From NCBI GenBank assembly GCA_024704765.1, contig JAKMXF010000338.1:69133-133132 (forward strand): DNA of 64,000 nucleotides, given 5' to 3'. A model generated the notes under the pieces. That model was not told where the DNA came from, ran no database searches, and saw only the letters and a program-made list of their open reading frames with translations. Source of the stretch: Oopsacas minuta (Eukaryota > Animalia > Porifera). Position numbers and translations under genes: made by a program. How positions within the stretch are numbered: position 1 is the stretch's first letter; the number at the start of each line of letters is the position of its first letter. This document shows positions 50,001-61,619 of the stretch, piece after piece.

Positions 50001-50256
50001 GGTTAAATTGGTCATGGAGATTAAGCCTAACATAAAAATCGCATAAAATCCATACATCACTATGAAATATTTGTTGATGCTGGGTTAAAACACTACATAT
50101 TGAGAAATACTGGCTGTTATAGTATAATTACAATTTGTTAAAATAAGGGAAAAAACAAATAATGATAAAGTAAAAGAGCAAAATCCAATAATTGAATATT
50201 ATGACGTTTGGGTAGGCGGCATACCCCCCCACCAGATTTTTCTAGATCCGCCCCTG
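47056..50256 (+). mobile_element. Intact autonomous-looking hAT transposon, 3201 bp
   Basis: Perfect 8-bp TSD GTGATCTT (47048-47055 and 50257-50264); TIRs CAGTGGCGGATCTAG / CTAGATCCGCCCCTG (1 mismatch in 15); one uninterrupted ORF. Confidence 0.96.
47360..49822 (+). CDS. hAT transposase, 820 aa (ZMYM1/ZNF862/PRKRIR-like; DUF4371 + hATC)
   Basis: ATG start, no internal stops; CVPCVLF, RGHNDDG, ILADETTD, GQGYDGAS, HCASHVLNL, TTRFIQRH, LPITTCSAERSFS, RLTGLALMYIH. Confidence 0.95.
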   Translation: MLRKKVCLTKDQSTLSNFFAKSQLPANSQLPDIDSTDVVQHLEMDESYDSILSNTDSASSNNPHDIVSIFSKTEYDWERDRKKKISDLQKQYLLLNHIMPDSNFKYPYSVRSGKCSQKVYLSLSHLTGKNHAFKYSFEMQGVVCVPCVLFANIEVSNDRGKSTKLGALVLHPFRNYKKVHEKLRDHLRKQYHVISQERADLFLNHLVTGNSLSIINQLSDTRRNQVLENRQRLIPIVKTIIFCGRLGIALRGHNDDGIIDIGTAISGREGNFRALLAFRVDSGDSILEEHLNNSNKNATYVSKTIQNRLIKLCGDQVLEKIVDEVKESIFFSILADETTDSSHQEQLCIVLRYVSSDFVVKEEFVGFGSVDNLSANSITHEILERLGEMGLNIRNCVGQGYDGASSFSGYLNGVAKQIKESAPMAVYVHCASHVLNLVLNESSSVPSIRNMFDTISNTITFVNESSKRKAVFHVNLINYCTTRFIQRHDAIVRFSENFENVIHGLEDILADSEFNSKTRSLALSHLNSLKDSTFLIALASAKKVMSLTMILSRILQQVNLDFCHVFAILDATILELQTMLDDKEEKDWNKLENSVYKEAERYAVIAGVIITAPRQASHHIQSVSYSQSAVQLTYINETIPINTEQFFKCSVWYPFLSTVIDHLTKRFSKQSRSTLGLFKLINSESIDTDILKEIYNMYEMALNCQEEELFQELKLYQSYRKSIPLPDSLDILHLLQHLSPIFTKLKIILQIAVTLPITTCSAERSFSAMKILKSYIRSTMTDDRLTGLALMYIHKDIPLDVVKIINTFAISGDHRMNFVI

Positions 50257-51167
50257 GTGATCTTAGGTAGGCTGACAGGTCAAGACGGGAGAAGAATCTA
50301 TCACAATAGATTATATGTCCTTTATCAAAGTATGGGTTGGCTACCTGTGACACTGCATCGCGTAAACCAACTGATCTTACAGTGGAGCCTAAGTGTATAT
50401 CCTGGGCTATACTGTAACCGCAACAGATAAACCAGAGTTTGAAGCCATATTCAATTGGCTTCGCTTTGATGTAGTGACGCAGGGCACTCCTGCCATAGAA
50501 TTTATCCATGAACTCCTCAATGGAGAGTGGTCTAGCTGGTTGAATTAGATTTGACGAGTTATATTGACTGCGGTAAGAAGTGTACCAAGTTTCGCTAAAA
50601 AGCGTTCTACAGTCTTTAGGGATGAGCTTATTTGCTAATTATTTGCGAAGTGCAACCTAGTGAATAATTCTTCAAATCGTTTCTGTGCTGTATTCAGTTT
50701 GATTTAAGGTTTATGGAATACGTTTGAATCAGTAAAGTAACTACGACGATTAGGCATCTGTACAAGGGACGTCCGTGAGATGAAGCCAAAATAGCGGGGA
50801 ATCTCTTTATAGGTTGGCTCTTTCCACTTGTGTGGTGACAGATAAATTTTAATTTGCGATCGTAACACTTTGTTTGTTTTAGAATGCTCCTGAGTTTATA
50901 GGTTCGGATTATGGTGTCAAAGAAGTGGTTTGGTTCATCAGAGTCTAATTGGTAGATATCTTGTTCTGAGAGAGTGTTGTTGTACTGGGGGAGTAGGATT
51001 TAATTGGTGAGTCGGTTCTGGAATGACTAGAGGTACTTTTTGGAACTTTTCCTCTAGCTCCCTGATCACGTGTGTTGCATCCTTGAAAGGTTCGTGATAG
51101 TATGCGCCGCTACTAGCTCTTCTGGTGTAATTACTTGATTTCCAATGTCAAGTGCATGTTCTGAATC

Positions 51168-51854
51168 TCACAGTTGGAGATAGAATCGTTTTATGGTTGT
51201 TTCCAATTGGCCCATCCTTCTGCGACGGCTAGTATTCCCAATTTGTATTCTAGCCTCTTTATTGGCTTCGATGGCGTGCACTTGAAGATCAATGCGTTCC
51301 AGTACAGATGGAGATTGTCTAGGCAACTTTGTAATAAAGATGTGCCGTTTTCCCAGTTCATTGATTTTCAGGATGATATGTGGGAAATAGTTTTCTCGTG
51401 TCATTAATACGTACAAACTATGTGTTACCATTGATTGTAGGGTATTCGAAGCATTAACAAGATCAGCAATATCGTTGAAATTTTTAGAGCATTTTACTGA
51501 TTTGGGTGATCCAGTGTTGTGAAACGAAATACGTTCAGCTTTTCTTGTTACCGCTAGACTAAAATAGCGCTTTCCCACAACGGGTGTGCGTGTATTGGAA
51601 ATTTGTCCAGTTGAAAACGTTGTTACTGACTGATTGAGAGCCTTATAATTCTCTGTTACAATATTTGTGTCAGGATACTGGGATGTAGGGGTTGCTTGGA
51701 CGTAGGTTTGTGGTAATGAGAATGTTAGTTGAATAGTTAGGCTAGCAAGTGGCGAATGTAAGGGGTGCGGGATGTAGGTAGGATCGAATGTAGTAGGAAG
51801 GGATTCGAGGAGTTTGTAGAAAGCCACGCAATTCATCATTTCCAGTAGATACAT
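51168..51854 (-). CDS. Unassigned 228-aa ORF upstream of the piggyBac remnant, possibly its N-terminal part
   Basis: Open frame, Thr/Pro/Ser-rich N-terminal half, same strand as the piggyBac; no motif recognised. Confidence 0.3.
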   Translation of the reverse strand: MYLLEMMNCVAFYKLLESLPTTFDPTYIPHPLHSPLASLTIQLTFSLPQTYVQATPTSQYPDTNIVTENYKALNQSVTTFSTGQISNTRTPVVGKRYFSLAVTRKAERISFHNTGSPKSVKCSKNFNDIADLVNASNTLQSMVTHSLYVLMTRENYFPHIILKINELGKRHIFITKLPRQSPSVLERIDLQVHAIEANKEARIQIGNTSRRRRMGQLETTIKRFYLQL

Positions 51855-52010
51855 CTAAATCTTCATCATAGGATTGATGGCAATCTTTCATTTTGGTGGA
51901 CGTAGGGAAAGGTCGTTGCTACTAATACTCCTTCATCTGCTAGAGGCTGAAATAAATATGTCAGCTGATTGGGTACATCACCTTAATTAGACATCTGTAT
52001 ACAAATTAGG

Positions 52011-52188
52011 TAGCAATTTGCGTGATGAAGGGATTCCATATATTCTACCCCCTGACGTGGAAACCAGTCAACAGACAATCAATCTGTAGAGATTACTCCA
52101 AATCAACTTGATGAGTTTGATCTGATAGAGGAAATAATTGAAACAATCCAACAGGATGAGTTGAGTGGATCTGATGAAACCCTTGACC
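52011..52188. repeat. Inverted copy of 46152-46329, ending at an N
   Basis: Direct comparison by eye; stops at the N at 52189. Confidence 0.9.
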
Positions 52189-52189
52189 N
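52189..52189. other. Assembly ambiguity or gap (N)
   Basis: Literal n in the sequence, with unrelated repeats on either side. Confidence 0.85.
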
Positions 52190-52508
52190 AATCTCATTGG
52201 AAATTTAAATCTAGGGTAATTCGCCTACGTAGAATTCAAATATCAGGTCAGATATTACAGATTCTTAATAGGTTTTGATTTACCACATAATTCGATTATC
52301 AATAAATATCAAATAATTATTAATAATTAACACCTTCAAAAAGTGTAAATCGAAAATATTTTTTGAAATTCTCGAAAAACATGTGTTATTCTATGCAAAT
52401 TACTAGATTGCAGCTACGAATATAGACTACACAATATATAGGAGTGGGAAAGAGTATACAATTTGTGACAATATATTTGTGTTGTCGAATACTTTTGTCC
52501 CCTAACTG
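52190..52508. mobile_element. Foldback MITE, copy 3 (right arm only)
   Basis: Matches the right arm of 5289-6202; ends GAATACTTTTGTCCCCTAACTG|TA. Confidence 0.9.
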
Positions 52509-53009
52509 TATAATAAGCAAATTATATTTGAAGAACAGTGAATTTCCAAACAAGCAAAACAAATTTAACCGTTTGAAATATGTAATTAGTTTCAATTAGT
52601 TGGATTGTAAATGGGGTGGATAATCAACAACTGCAAGTCCATTGGAAACATTTTCAAGATCAACACATTTATACATTGCTCGTTAAAGATCTAATAATAA
52701 CATAATAAGTGTACTAAATATAGAAATTGAAGGATATATTTATGCGATATGGGAAACTATTAGTAGGACACTATAATTCGCTCGCTTATTTGGGTATAAA
52801 ATGCTCTGGACGATCTTGTTCAGATTAAACGGAGTCAACTGTATATGCTCTATCCAGACAAAAGTACTTGAGCACCACCAAATATTCAGTTGCGAGCAAA
52901 GATGGGAATGGAAATATTCAGCCATCAAAAGTTTATTGTGTTAGCATTAATAATGATTCAAAGTTGTGAAAACCAATTTCTGATAATATCATTATATTTG
53001 TATGTAGTT

Positions 53010-53399
53010 ATACCAAATGTGCCACTTATGGCACAAGTGGTACAAATTGAACAATAGCCATAAGCCATAAGGAAATGGCGTGAATGCTTGGATAATGGGA
53101 TCTAGGGTCATTCATAGTTAGAATCCAAATATAAGATTCATATGAAATCAATATATTTGTTGGTATCTGGTTTCCGATATTTAATACGCTCATTAAAATG
53201 TTAGTAAATTAAATTAACATCTCATGAATGTCAAAAAATCAAAAGATTTCACTTAAGTTAATGCTGTTGACACATCAAACTTTCGATATCTGTATATTTC
53301 AATTCCGGTCTTGGCTTCCAAACAGAATATTTTGTCGATAAATGGCACACTCAGTGCATCGATATTTGGTGGTATACGAATACTTTTGTCCAAGCAGTG
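53010..53399. mobile_element. Single arm of a related foldback MITE family
   Basis: Inner motif GTGCCACTTATGGCACAAGTGGTACAAATTG and terminus CGAATACTTTTGTCCAAGCAGTG|TA resemble the main MITE; the sequence between differs. Confidence 0.55.
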
Positions 53400-54162
53400 T
53401 ATATGGTTTTGAATTAACTAAATAATTCCCATGCATAATGAAATATAACAACAAATTTAACAGGACATATTTCGGGCTGTTAAGTAACCAAAAATTCCTT
53501 TCATGAATTTCTTTGAGACTTCGTATAGTCAACTGTTTATAAACTGTACAATATAAACAGTTGACTACACGAAGATACAAAAATATTCATAAAAATAATT
53601 TAAAGATTACACAATTTATGTATTATTCTCTTTACGACTAGCTTTCTCTCCATGGCAACGGGAAAATATGTACATTCCAGAAAACCTCTTGCTCATTCTT
53701 GCTGTTTCATCCGTTGGTGGTTATAACTCAACTAAATTTCAGGGACACTGATAGCTTGGAAATGTACAAAGCTCTATTATAATATAGGTCATGCTAAGGC
53801 GTATAAGTTAGAATGATTAGAATATCAAAAGCGTCAATTTCTTTTGAAGAAGCAAAATACTCATTACTTAAGTAAAATTCAGAATTTCCGTTTCATCAAA
53901 ACGTGGTTGATTAAGAAAAATTTGAATTTTTGGAAGTCGATCACTGTGAAGTAATTGCTTGGAAATGAAATGTGGGGTTTGTACTCTTGTATACTTACTA
54001 TACGAGCATCCCAAATTGATAATATGTTGATAATTCTGTTTGGACAAACGTATAAGTTGGTCAAATATAGCTGTTTAGATGCCATTCGATGATGACATAA
54101 ACAAAATAAACTTAAGTGAGAGAAATCTATATTAAGTCACAATAGTTGACCCATATGCAGTA

Positions 54163-55493
54163 CAGGGTGTTTCAAAAGTCTTGGCACCTCGAGTAACGTA
54201 AAATATATAATACAAAACACACACACACTATCGATTTTATTGGCCAATATAATCACCATCCAATTCTATTACTTTTCTAATCCTATCAGGCAGGCCACTA
54301 ACTAAATTATTAAAATATGAGCATCAATACTGACCCAGGCCAATTTGAAGTTCTGAATTAGGTTCTCAATTGTGCTCACTTGACCTAACTTATCCACCCT
54401 ATCAGTTCATATAGACCATAAATCCTCGAAAGGATTAAGGTCAGGAGAGTTGGCTGGACACTCGGCTTTCTTCCAAAAGCGGGGGAAATTGTTTGTGGAC
54501 CATTCTTGCGTAGCTTTAGCCGTGTGTGCTAAAGCACCGTCCTGCATGAATAAAAAACTCAACATGTTTAACAACATTGATCTTTCCACAATGCTACTTG
54601 ATTTAGAAGAACAGCCAATGGCATCAAGACAAGTAACCTCTAGTATATTATCACGGTATTATGCTGCCTCTACAGATTGCTTTTGAGGAATTATGTGCAA
54701 TTCTGACAAGACACGGTGCAACATCATGTCCCATACCATGACTTTAGCAAGAAACTTCACATTGAAAACTGGGCTGATATCTTCACCATTTTTGCTCCAC
54801 ACTCTATGGTTCTGTTGTTTTGGTGTTGAATATAGTTCGAAGGACGATTCGTCCGACAAAAGAACCTTTCTCCAATCTTCAATAGTCCAATCCTTATGAT
54901 TGTGGGCGAACAAAAGCCGATTTCCCTTGATCCTCTCAGTTTTCGCGGGATTTGGGGCCGTTTGAATCTTCTAGCATCAAGATTTTTTGTCAGATGTTGA
55001 AGAAGAAGCAGAATAGCCCTTTTCGGCTAAGCTCTTGGCAATATTTCGGGTTGAATGTCTTCGTTTCTCCAAAGAATCCGCTATTACTATTTTAGCGGCC
55101 TGAATTAAAGTTTTCGGAAGGCCAGACCTTACCTTTGTCTCTAATTAATGACCACATTTAGTTACTGCCCACCATCTTTTAACGGAACGTAATCCAGCAC
55201 CTAACCTCAGAGCAACATCTTTCAGTGATACACCAACTTCCAGCATGCTTATTGCATTAGAACGGACTGCAATTCCATGCTCTCCGACATTCATTATTCT
55301 AGTGTTTACGAATTACAAAAACAACGAAAAAATTGTGATTATCGACAATATATAAGGTATTAGGATGAATAATGCGTTAGAATACTTGAACTGACATTGT
55401 AATAAGGTACTTTTCAGATCCAACAGTATTCACATTGATAAACTAGATAGATGGTTTCATTAGAATAGGTGCCAAGACTTTTCTAACACCCTG
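54163..55493 (-). mobile_element. DD37E (TRT-like) element, full length, decayed
   Basis: 26-bp TIRs TA|CAGGGTGTTTCAAAAGTCTTGGCACC and GGTGCCAAGACTTTTCTAACACCCTG|TA; VLLSDESSFELY, KVMVW, FMQDGALAH...CPANSPDLNPFE (37 residues between D and E). Confidence 0.92.
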
Positions 55494-56864
55494 TATATTG
55501 TTTTGAAGTATGTAGTCAATGAAATACGTTACAGAGCATAGAATGAATTTTAGAATCTATATGCTATAACTTCTTAGTGACATGTAAGACGAATCATATG
55601 GCAAATTGGCAGAAGAAGTAGAGACAAAATGGATGAACAAAAATAAACAGGAAATGGAAACAACAAACGAAAATTCAACGAAAAAAAACTCAAATTAGAA
55701 CGGACATAAACATCCGCTCAGAAGGATGAATTGTACACAATTCACCTTTCACTACACCCCATCACAAGGAAATACAAAGTTCAAATGACAAATACTATGT
55801 AAGTTCCAAGAAACATACTTTCGAGAATAACGTCTTCGACACAATTTCCCATTTCGCAAAATTTCCAACTCTGTTTGTATCAATGAATTGTGCCCTTGCT
55901 ATGTGATTTCTTCCGACGAGAAATAGCTCCAGTAGCAGATCGAGGCCGTGTACTACTATCAATTTTCTTCCCTTCACTAACCAACTCAACATTCGATCGG
56001 GTCATACTCACTTCACAACATAACTCACTGTCACGCAGAGTTGGTTTCCTCTTATGCACCTTTGATTCAGAAACTGACTCCATATCAGAATGAGACTCGC
56101 AATTCTCTCCCATTATACTCACACGTGAAGAAATACGAGATGCTTCTTGATAATTGACATCATCCGATTTGAAAAGATAGTAAACTGTCGGTTTATTGTC
56201 TCCACTACCTGTTGACAATATTTCTCAGCAGCCCTATATATAATATCCTCAAATTGTTTATCATAAAGTTTCCTCGTCGGTAATTCATAAACGTCTTGAT
56301 AGCATGCAACATCTTGGTACATAATAAAATCCTGATTGACATTCTTATCTAACTGAACCTCATCATGTGTGCGAGTTTGGTTTCTAGGTAAGCATGGCCA
56401 GATGGATAGATTTCAACAGTTGGGTGGAATGTCACACTTCTGTGTATATTAGCCAATGAATTTGCTCCGTATGCCAGGATAACCTCAGAGGAAGTAACTC
56501 CAACAACTGAAGCATCACATGCTTCATTGGTTTCACGAACAAATGGTCATCATCTAAAATGTGAGAACATACCGCTGGTTCAGTATCTGTAGTTGCATTG
56601 GGACTGGTACTAGTTCGTCTATTCCTATGATAATGCCGTTCCAAACAAGGAATTCTATTGATTATCCTTTCCATAGTAGTCTTTTGAATTAAAGATTCCA
56701 CAAAGAAGAGAAAACCAAATTTCATCCATCTTTTCGAAAATAATCGCTCGCTTGAGTAGTGAATATCGCAAAGGGTACATGAACAAGTTATATTAGCTAA
56801 TTTCTTAAAATGGGGAAAACATACAAATTTATCAATTTGGAAGGTCAAGCAAGTTTAATAACTA

Positions 56865-56997
56865 CCGTATTGCTTCGAATAAGCTCCGGAGGTAAACGCT
56901 GAATGAAAATTAAATTCCACTAATTTCCACACCGAATAAGCGGTATTCTCATTCACGAAAGCAGAAAGTGGCGAGGCGCTTATTCGAAGCAATACGG
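56865..56997. mobile_element. 133-bp MITE (pogo/Tc2-like termini)
   Basis: TA|CCGTATTGCTTCGAATAAGC ... GCTTATTCGAAGCAATACGG|TA: perfect 20-bp TIRs. Confidence 0.85.
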
Positions 56998-59299
56998 TAT
57001 TTGAGATATGGTTTGATTTGCATCATGAATCTTTCAATTCCCGTATTTTCTCATGAGTATACATTAAGGAGACGAAAAAGCATCGAATGTGTCATTCTAT
57101 TTTATGTTCTGGATATTTTGTATCTACAGGTTGTGGGAAATATTAGGGAACAACAAAAATATTCTTTAACACGATTGACATAGGCAACTGTTGGACAATT
57201 GCTTCAATTCCACCGCCCGTATCAATACTTATGTGCAACAATTGTTGTCATTATATAGTAAATTTCTCTTGAAGTTTACCATCGGCTTATAAATTGGCTG
57301 TAATTGTGTCAATGGTATCTCTCTATATCATCATAGGTGCAAAATATGGCATTAACAATGCAAGAATTGGGTATATTTCATATTACTATGGTAAATCCGA
57401 AAGAAACATAGGGATTATCACGTCGAAAAAACGAGATAAAATAATGATGAAATTCCGCCCGCCCGCATTCCCAAAAAGATCCATTGTGGAGCTGAGACAA
57501 GATTGTTATTAACAGTAGCCTAATAGTGAAATATTTACTTAGGTGTTAAAATCGAATACTATAAATGTAATATTCATTGAGAATACTTATACAGAGCTCC
57601 GTTTTTTATATTATTAGTGTTTCCATAGCAAAACCCTAGTCACACATCTAAAGGTGAGTTTTAGAAATAAAAAACAACTCACCTTTCCCTCCACGTGAAA
57701 CCGTGCAACCAATACTAACAAACTGAGCTCTGCATAAGTATTCTCATATTCAATACCAAAATTGCAAAAGTTATAAATAAGTTTTCTAAATTGTCAGTTA
57801 TTGAATTCATAATCAACCTAGAAAACTTTCCAGTATAATTTACTTCTTTAGAACCACGATAAACTTTCGTCAGAAGAAATGTATCATACCTCCTAATAAG
57901 ATATGACCTGAAACGGTCGGTGTAAAAGAAATAATCCTAAAGTGTTCAGAGGTTTGGGTAACAAATTGTAATGAAAGCTTATTATTAACCAAGAAGAAAG
58001 GCGGTTGTTTTGGGATTGTCAATACCTAGTACTACATGTAACTTTAGCTGACTACGGTGGATTAAGTAATATAACGCAAGTAGTTTGATCTAACATTCAA
58101 TTCTAACTTTAACTGCAAATACGAAACTCTAATAGCTTAGACTTACAACCATTATTTGCAACCGGTGTAATCAATATCTAACGATCTTCTCTAGGTTGGA
58201 CTAAATCAAAACATCGTGAATACTTAAAATAGTGGCACGACTAGTCGCAGTAAAGTATTCACATAAGTAATGAAACCATGTTTATTTCTTTAGTTAGGCA
58301 AAAATAATACAGAAACCTATGTCAGACCATTTACCACATTTATCAATAAAGTTATCAATAGACACCTGAATATATACCTCATTATACAATCATGGCTCAA
58401 AGTTAATGGCAATTCTATATCATCTGTTATGAACTTAGAATATCTTACAGTTACTGGTGTGTATTACGTATGCAGACCAACAGTGCAGTGAAAATATTAG
58501 TGTTGCAGCGGTCCGGTCCGAGAGCAGTCCGAACCGGTCCCAAAAATTAGCCCTTTATCGGTCCGATCCTGAAATTAAATAGATCGGTCCAATCCGGTTC
58601 AAAATTTTGTAACCAGATGCAACCGTTGGAGATGTTATTAACAACCATATATATACACTATGGTAATCTTATGAAAAGGATCTTTGAGGTCCATTCCGGT
58701 CCGGTATGAAATTGTGGAACTGGCTACAACACCCAGCTGAATCAATATGTATTCGTCAAAGTCGAAATTACTACCCATGGACTTTGGAAATGTCTACTTT
58801 TGGGAGAAACACCGTGGGGGAAAAAGGCGTTAGAACTCTAAAGGACAAACAAAGATTCGAATCACATCTAGAACATTCTAGAACATTCTTAGAACATGTG
58901 AGAAGAAATTACACTACAAACAATCTAAACTATTCTACTCAGAAGAATAGGGTATTGTCTGGTTGCCTCGTGAAATATTGTATTTCCTTAAATATACATG
59001 CTCATAAAATAAATTTAATAAATATTCTCCCAAAAATGGTTGAATAGGAAAATCCTTATATCAAAAATAGCATCCTTACAGGGGATAAACAGCCAAATTT
59101 TTGAGGGATAAATGGACAGAAATGTGCACATCCTCACACACTTGTGCAGATAAATGTCTTTTTCCGAGAATAGAGAGAAAAATTGTCTATTTATGTTATT
59201 TTCAAAATGTGACGTTTCAAGTTTTCTCTGGTGAGTATAACAGTATTTTAAAGTCCACAACAAAGTAAACTGCGTCAAAGTGGGATTATTAATTTTAAT

Positions 59300-59981
59300 C
59301 AGGGTGATCATATGTGTTTGTTATTAAAAAAAGGACACTTTCTATGATTCAGAATGAAAGTCAACTCCGCTTAATCGGGACACATCTGTTACATGCCTTT
59401 TGTGCCGATTAAGCGGAGTTCCCGATCAACCGAAGAAATCATGTTAATGATAATACAACAGGGATTCTTTATTCTTGCAGTCACAGACTCCATAATTGCT
59501 TAAAGCCCAATTAAGCGGAATTTGTCCCAATTTAAGCGGAAATTTTGTACATTTACCTATACTTTGTTAAATTAGCTCAGATCAAGTGGACTTTCTTTTT
59601 CATTGGGGCAATAATTTCCACTCGATTACCAGAGTTTGTCCCGATTAACCGAAAATATTTAGTATTAACCTCAATGGAGATGATTTCATTGAACATTGAA
59701 CAATAATAGCATATGCTAATCTATGAAAATTAATTTTATATCAATAGACTAAAGAATTAAAACAGAATTAGTAATATGCTTATTCAATATGTAATAAAGT
59801 AGGTAAGAATAATGAACCGACTTATGAATTATAGAATCTAAAGAGAGAATCAATAGGGATATACAATAAGTTGCAATCTACTCTATGTAATACCGTGTTA
59901 CTTAAAGAGTCATTAGAATCCAGAGCAAAAAAGGTCAAAAAAAAGGACAGGTTGTCCAAAAAAGGACGTCTGGTCACCCTG
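59300..59981. mobile_element. Possible hAT-type non-autonomous element
   Basis: CAGGGTGATCATATGT ... GACGTCTGGTCACCCTG; flanks ATTTTAAT / ATTATAAC (6/8); AAAAGGAC subterminal motifs. Confidence 0.5.
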
Positions 59982-60681
59982 ATTATAACTTTTATGATAT
60001 TATTATTATTTTTGACTGTATTGGCATGAATTAGCAAGGAATATACATGCATGAGGCCTCTACGGTGCTAAATCAGCATTTCAAAACCTTATGGAAAACA
60101 CTGAGTAAGGGAGTTCCATATCTGCCAACCAGAGTGAACCATGGCACAAAATTGGGAAGGTGACCCACGACCCACCTGACAAATCTTTTTTGTGAAATGC
60201 TTTACAATATCAATATATCTTTGCTCACTCGATCCTGTTCATTAATCGGGTGGCACTGTATACCGAATATTCTAATATCCGATCGAAATTAAACAAACGA
60301 ATATTTGTTTTATAAGAAAAATCGTTTGAAACGAATGTTTGTTAACTATATTTTAATGGATCACATCTTATATTTTTCATTAAAAAGATACAAACTAAAG
60401 TCAGGTTTGATTATTATTAACCTCAAGATACAACTTGATTGTTATTCTAGACATTGTAATTTATTACCATTTTAAGATGGTTCGAGATGTTGCATCAGTA
60501 TCATGTTTTAATCAAGTATTGGTGTTTGGTTAAATGATGTAGGCTGGAAAATGGCTAAGCCATTAAACGAAAAATATTCGAATACTTGACCAAGAACAGA
60601 TTATATTAATTGCATTAATTCATCCGCTTAATCGAGCTAAAATCCCTAGAAGGATGTGACGTAATTAAGCGGAGTCGACTG
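59358..60681. mobile_element. pogo-type non-coding ends (possible deletion derivative)
   Basis: AAGTCAACTCCGCTTAAT ... ATTAAGCGGAGTCGACTG|TA, with internal repeats of ATTAAGCGGA. Confidence 0.55.
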
Positions 60682-60871
60682 TACATACAATTCTCAGATA
60701 TCTTTATTTCTTATTTGTTTGTTCATTTTTAAATTTCCAGCACGAATACATATTTCTATTCACTACTTGTTTTGTTGAGTATCGATCATTTCAATAATAA
60801 AAATTCTTTGCAATGATTTATAATCTAGAATGATGTTAACTTGTGTTATGCATATTAATTGTTTCCCCTCG

Positions 60872-61068
60872 CAGTGGCGGATCCACGGGGGGATAGGGGA
60901 ATATACCCCCCGCACCAGACTTTTGGCCTCCTAGTCTTTCTAATTAATTTTGATTATAATTTTATTTTTCATACAATATTTCAATCATGTCTTTAATTTA
61001 TAGCGTTTTACAATTATTTGTTGCTACTCAACTACTCTCGGTTGTGAAATTAGTATAATGGACATATA
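60872..61068 (+). mobile_element. 5' end of the hAT family at 34457-37564
   Basis: CAGTGGCGGATCC...; reverse complement of 37360-37564; interrupted by a MITE at TA 61069-61070. Confidence 0.85.
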
Positions 61069-61070
61069 TA

Positions 61071-61619
61071 CAGTCAGGGGACAAAAGTATCGGACCACAC
61101 AAAATATTGTCATAAATTGTGTACTCTTTCCCGCTCCTATATATTCTGTAGTGTATATCGTAGCTGCTGTCTAGTAATTGCATAGAATAACATGTTTTTC
61201 AAGAATTTTAAAACAATATTTTCGATATACACTTTTTGAAGGTGTTAATTATTAATAATTATTTGATAATTATTGATAATCGAATTATGTGGTAATTCAA
61301 AACCTATTAAGAATCTGCAATATCTGACATGATATTTGAATTCTACGTAGGCGAATTACCCTGGATTTAAATTTCCAATGAGATTGAACAATTTCTACCA
61401 AGGTTATAGAAGATTTCAATTTGTGCCACCTTTTGCCCAAGGTGGCACAAGTGGTCGTTACCCAGAGGTTATTTTGTAATTCAAGCGTTAGCATAATCAT
61501 ATCATTCGAAAATATTACTTCGACTGATTCCTCCTAGCCCTAGTTGCCTTCCTTGTAGTGGCGCTTTTTCCTGCCACCTGTGCCACTTTTTTCAAGAAGT
61601 GGCTCAAGTGGCACAAATT
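61071..61619. mobile_element. Foldback MITE, copy 4 (left arm + centre), cut by an N
   Basis: TA|CAGTCAGGGGACAAAAGTATCGGACCACAC...; collinear with copy 1 up to the N at 61620. Confidence 0.9.

Larger units (their letters stand above)
46280..51100 (-). pseudogene. piggyBac-like transposase, decayed, split by the intact hAT
   Basis: MPNRRSYF; KRFEELFTRLHFANN; LSIEEFMDKFYGRSALRHYIKAKPIEYGFKLW; IIYCDRFFS; across the hAT LSAYLRSRGTGMVGT; YNYRMGGLDKHD; C-terminal Cys-rich ACFACQQPCYYDC. Confidence 0.88.

Noticed and set aside
52190-61619. MITE copies 3 and 4 as two arms of one mis-scaffolded insertion
   Set aside because: Copy 4 sits in a hAT end, but the flank after copy 3 does not continue that hAT, and the arms differ at several sites.
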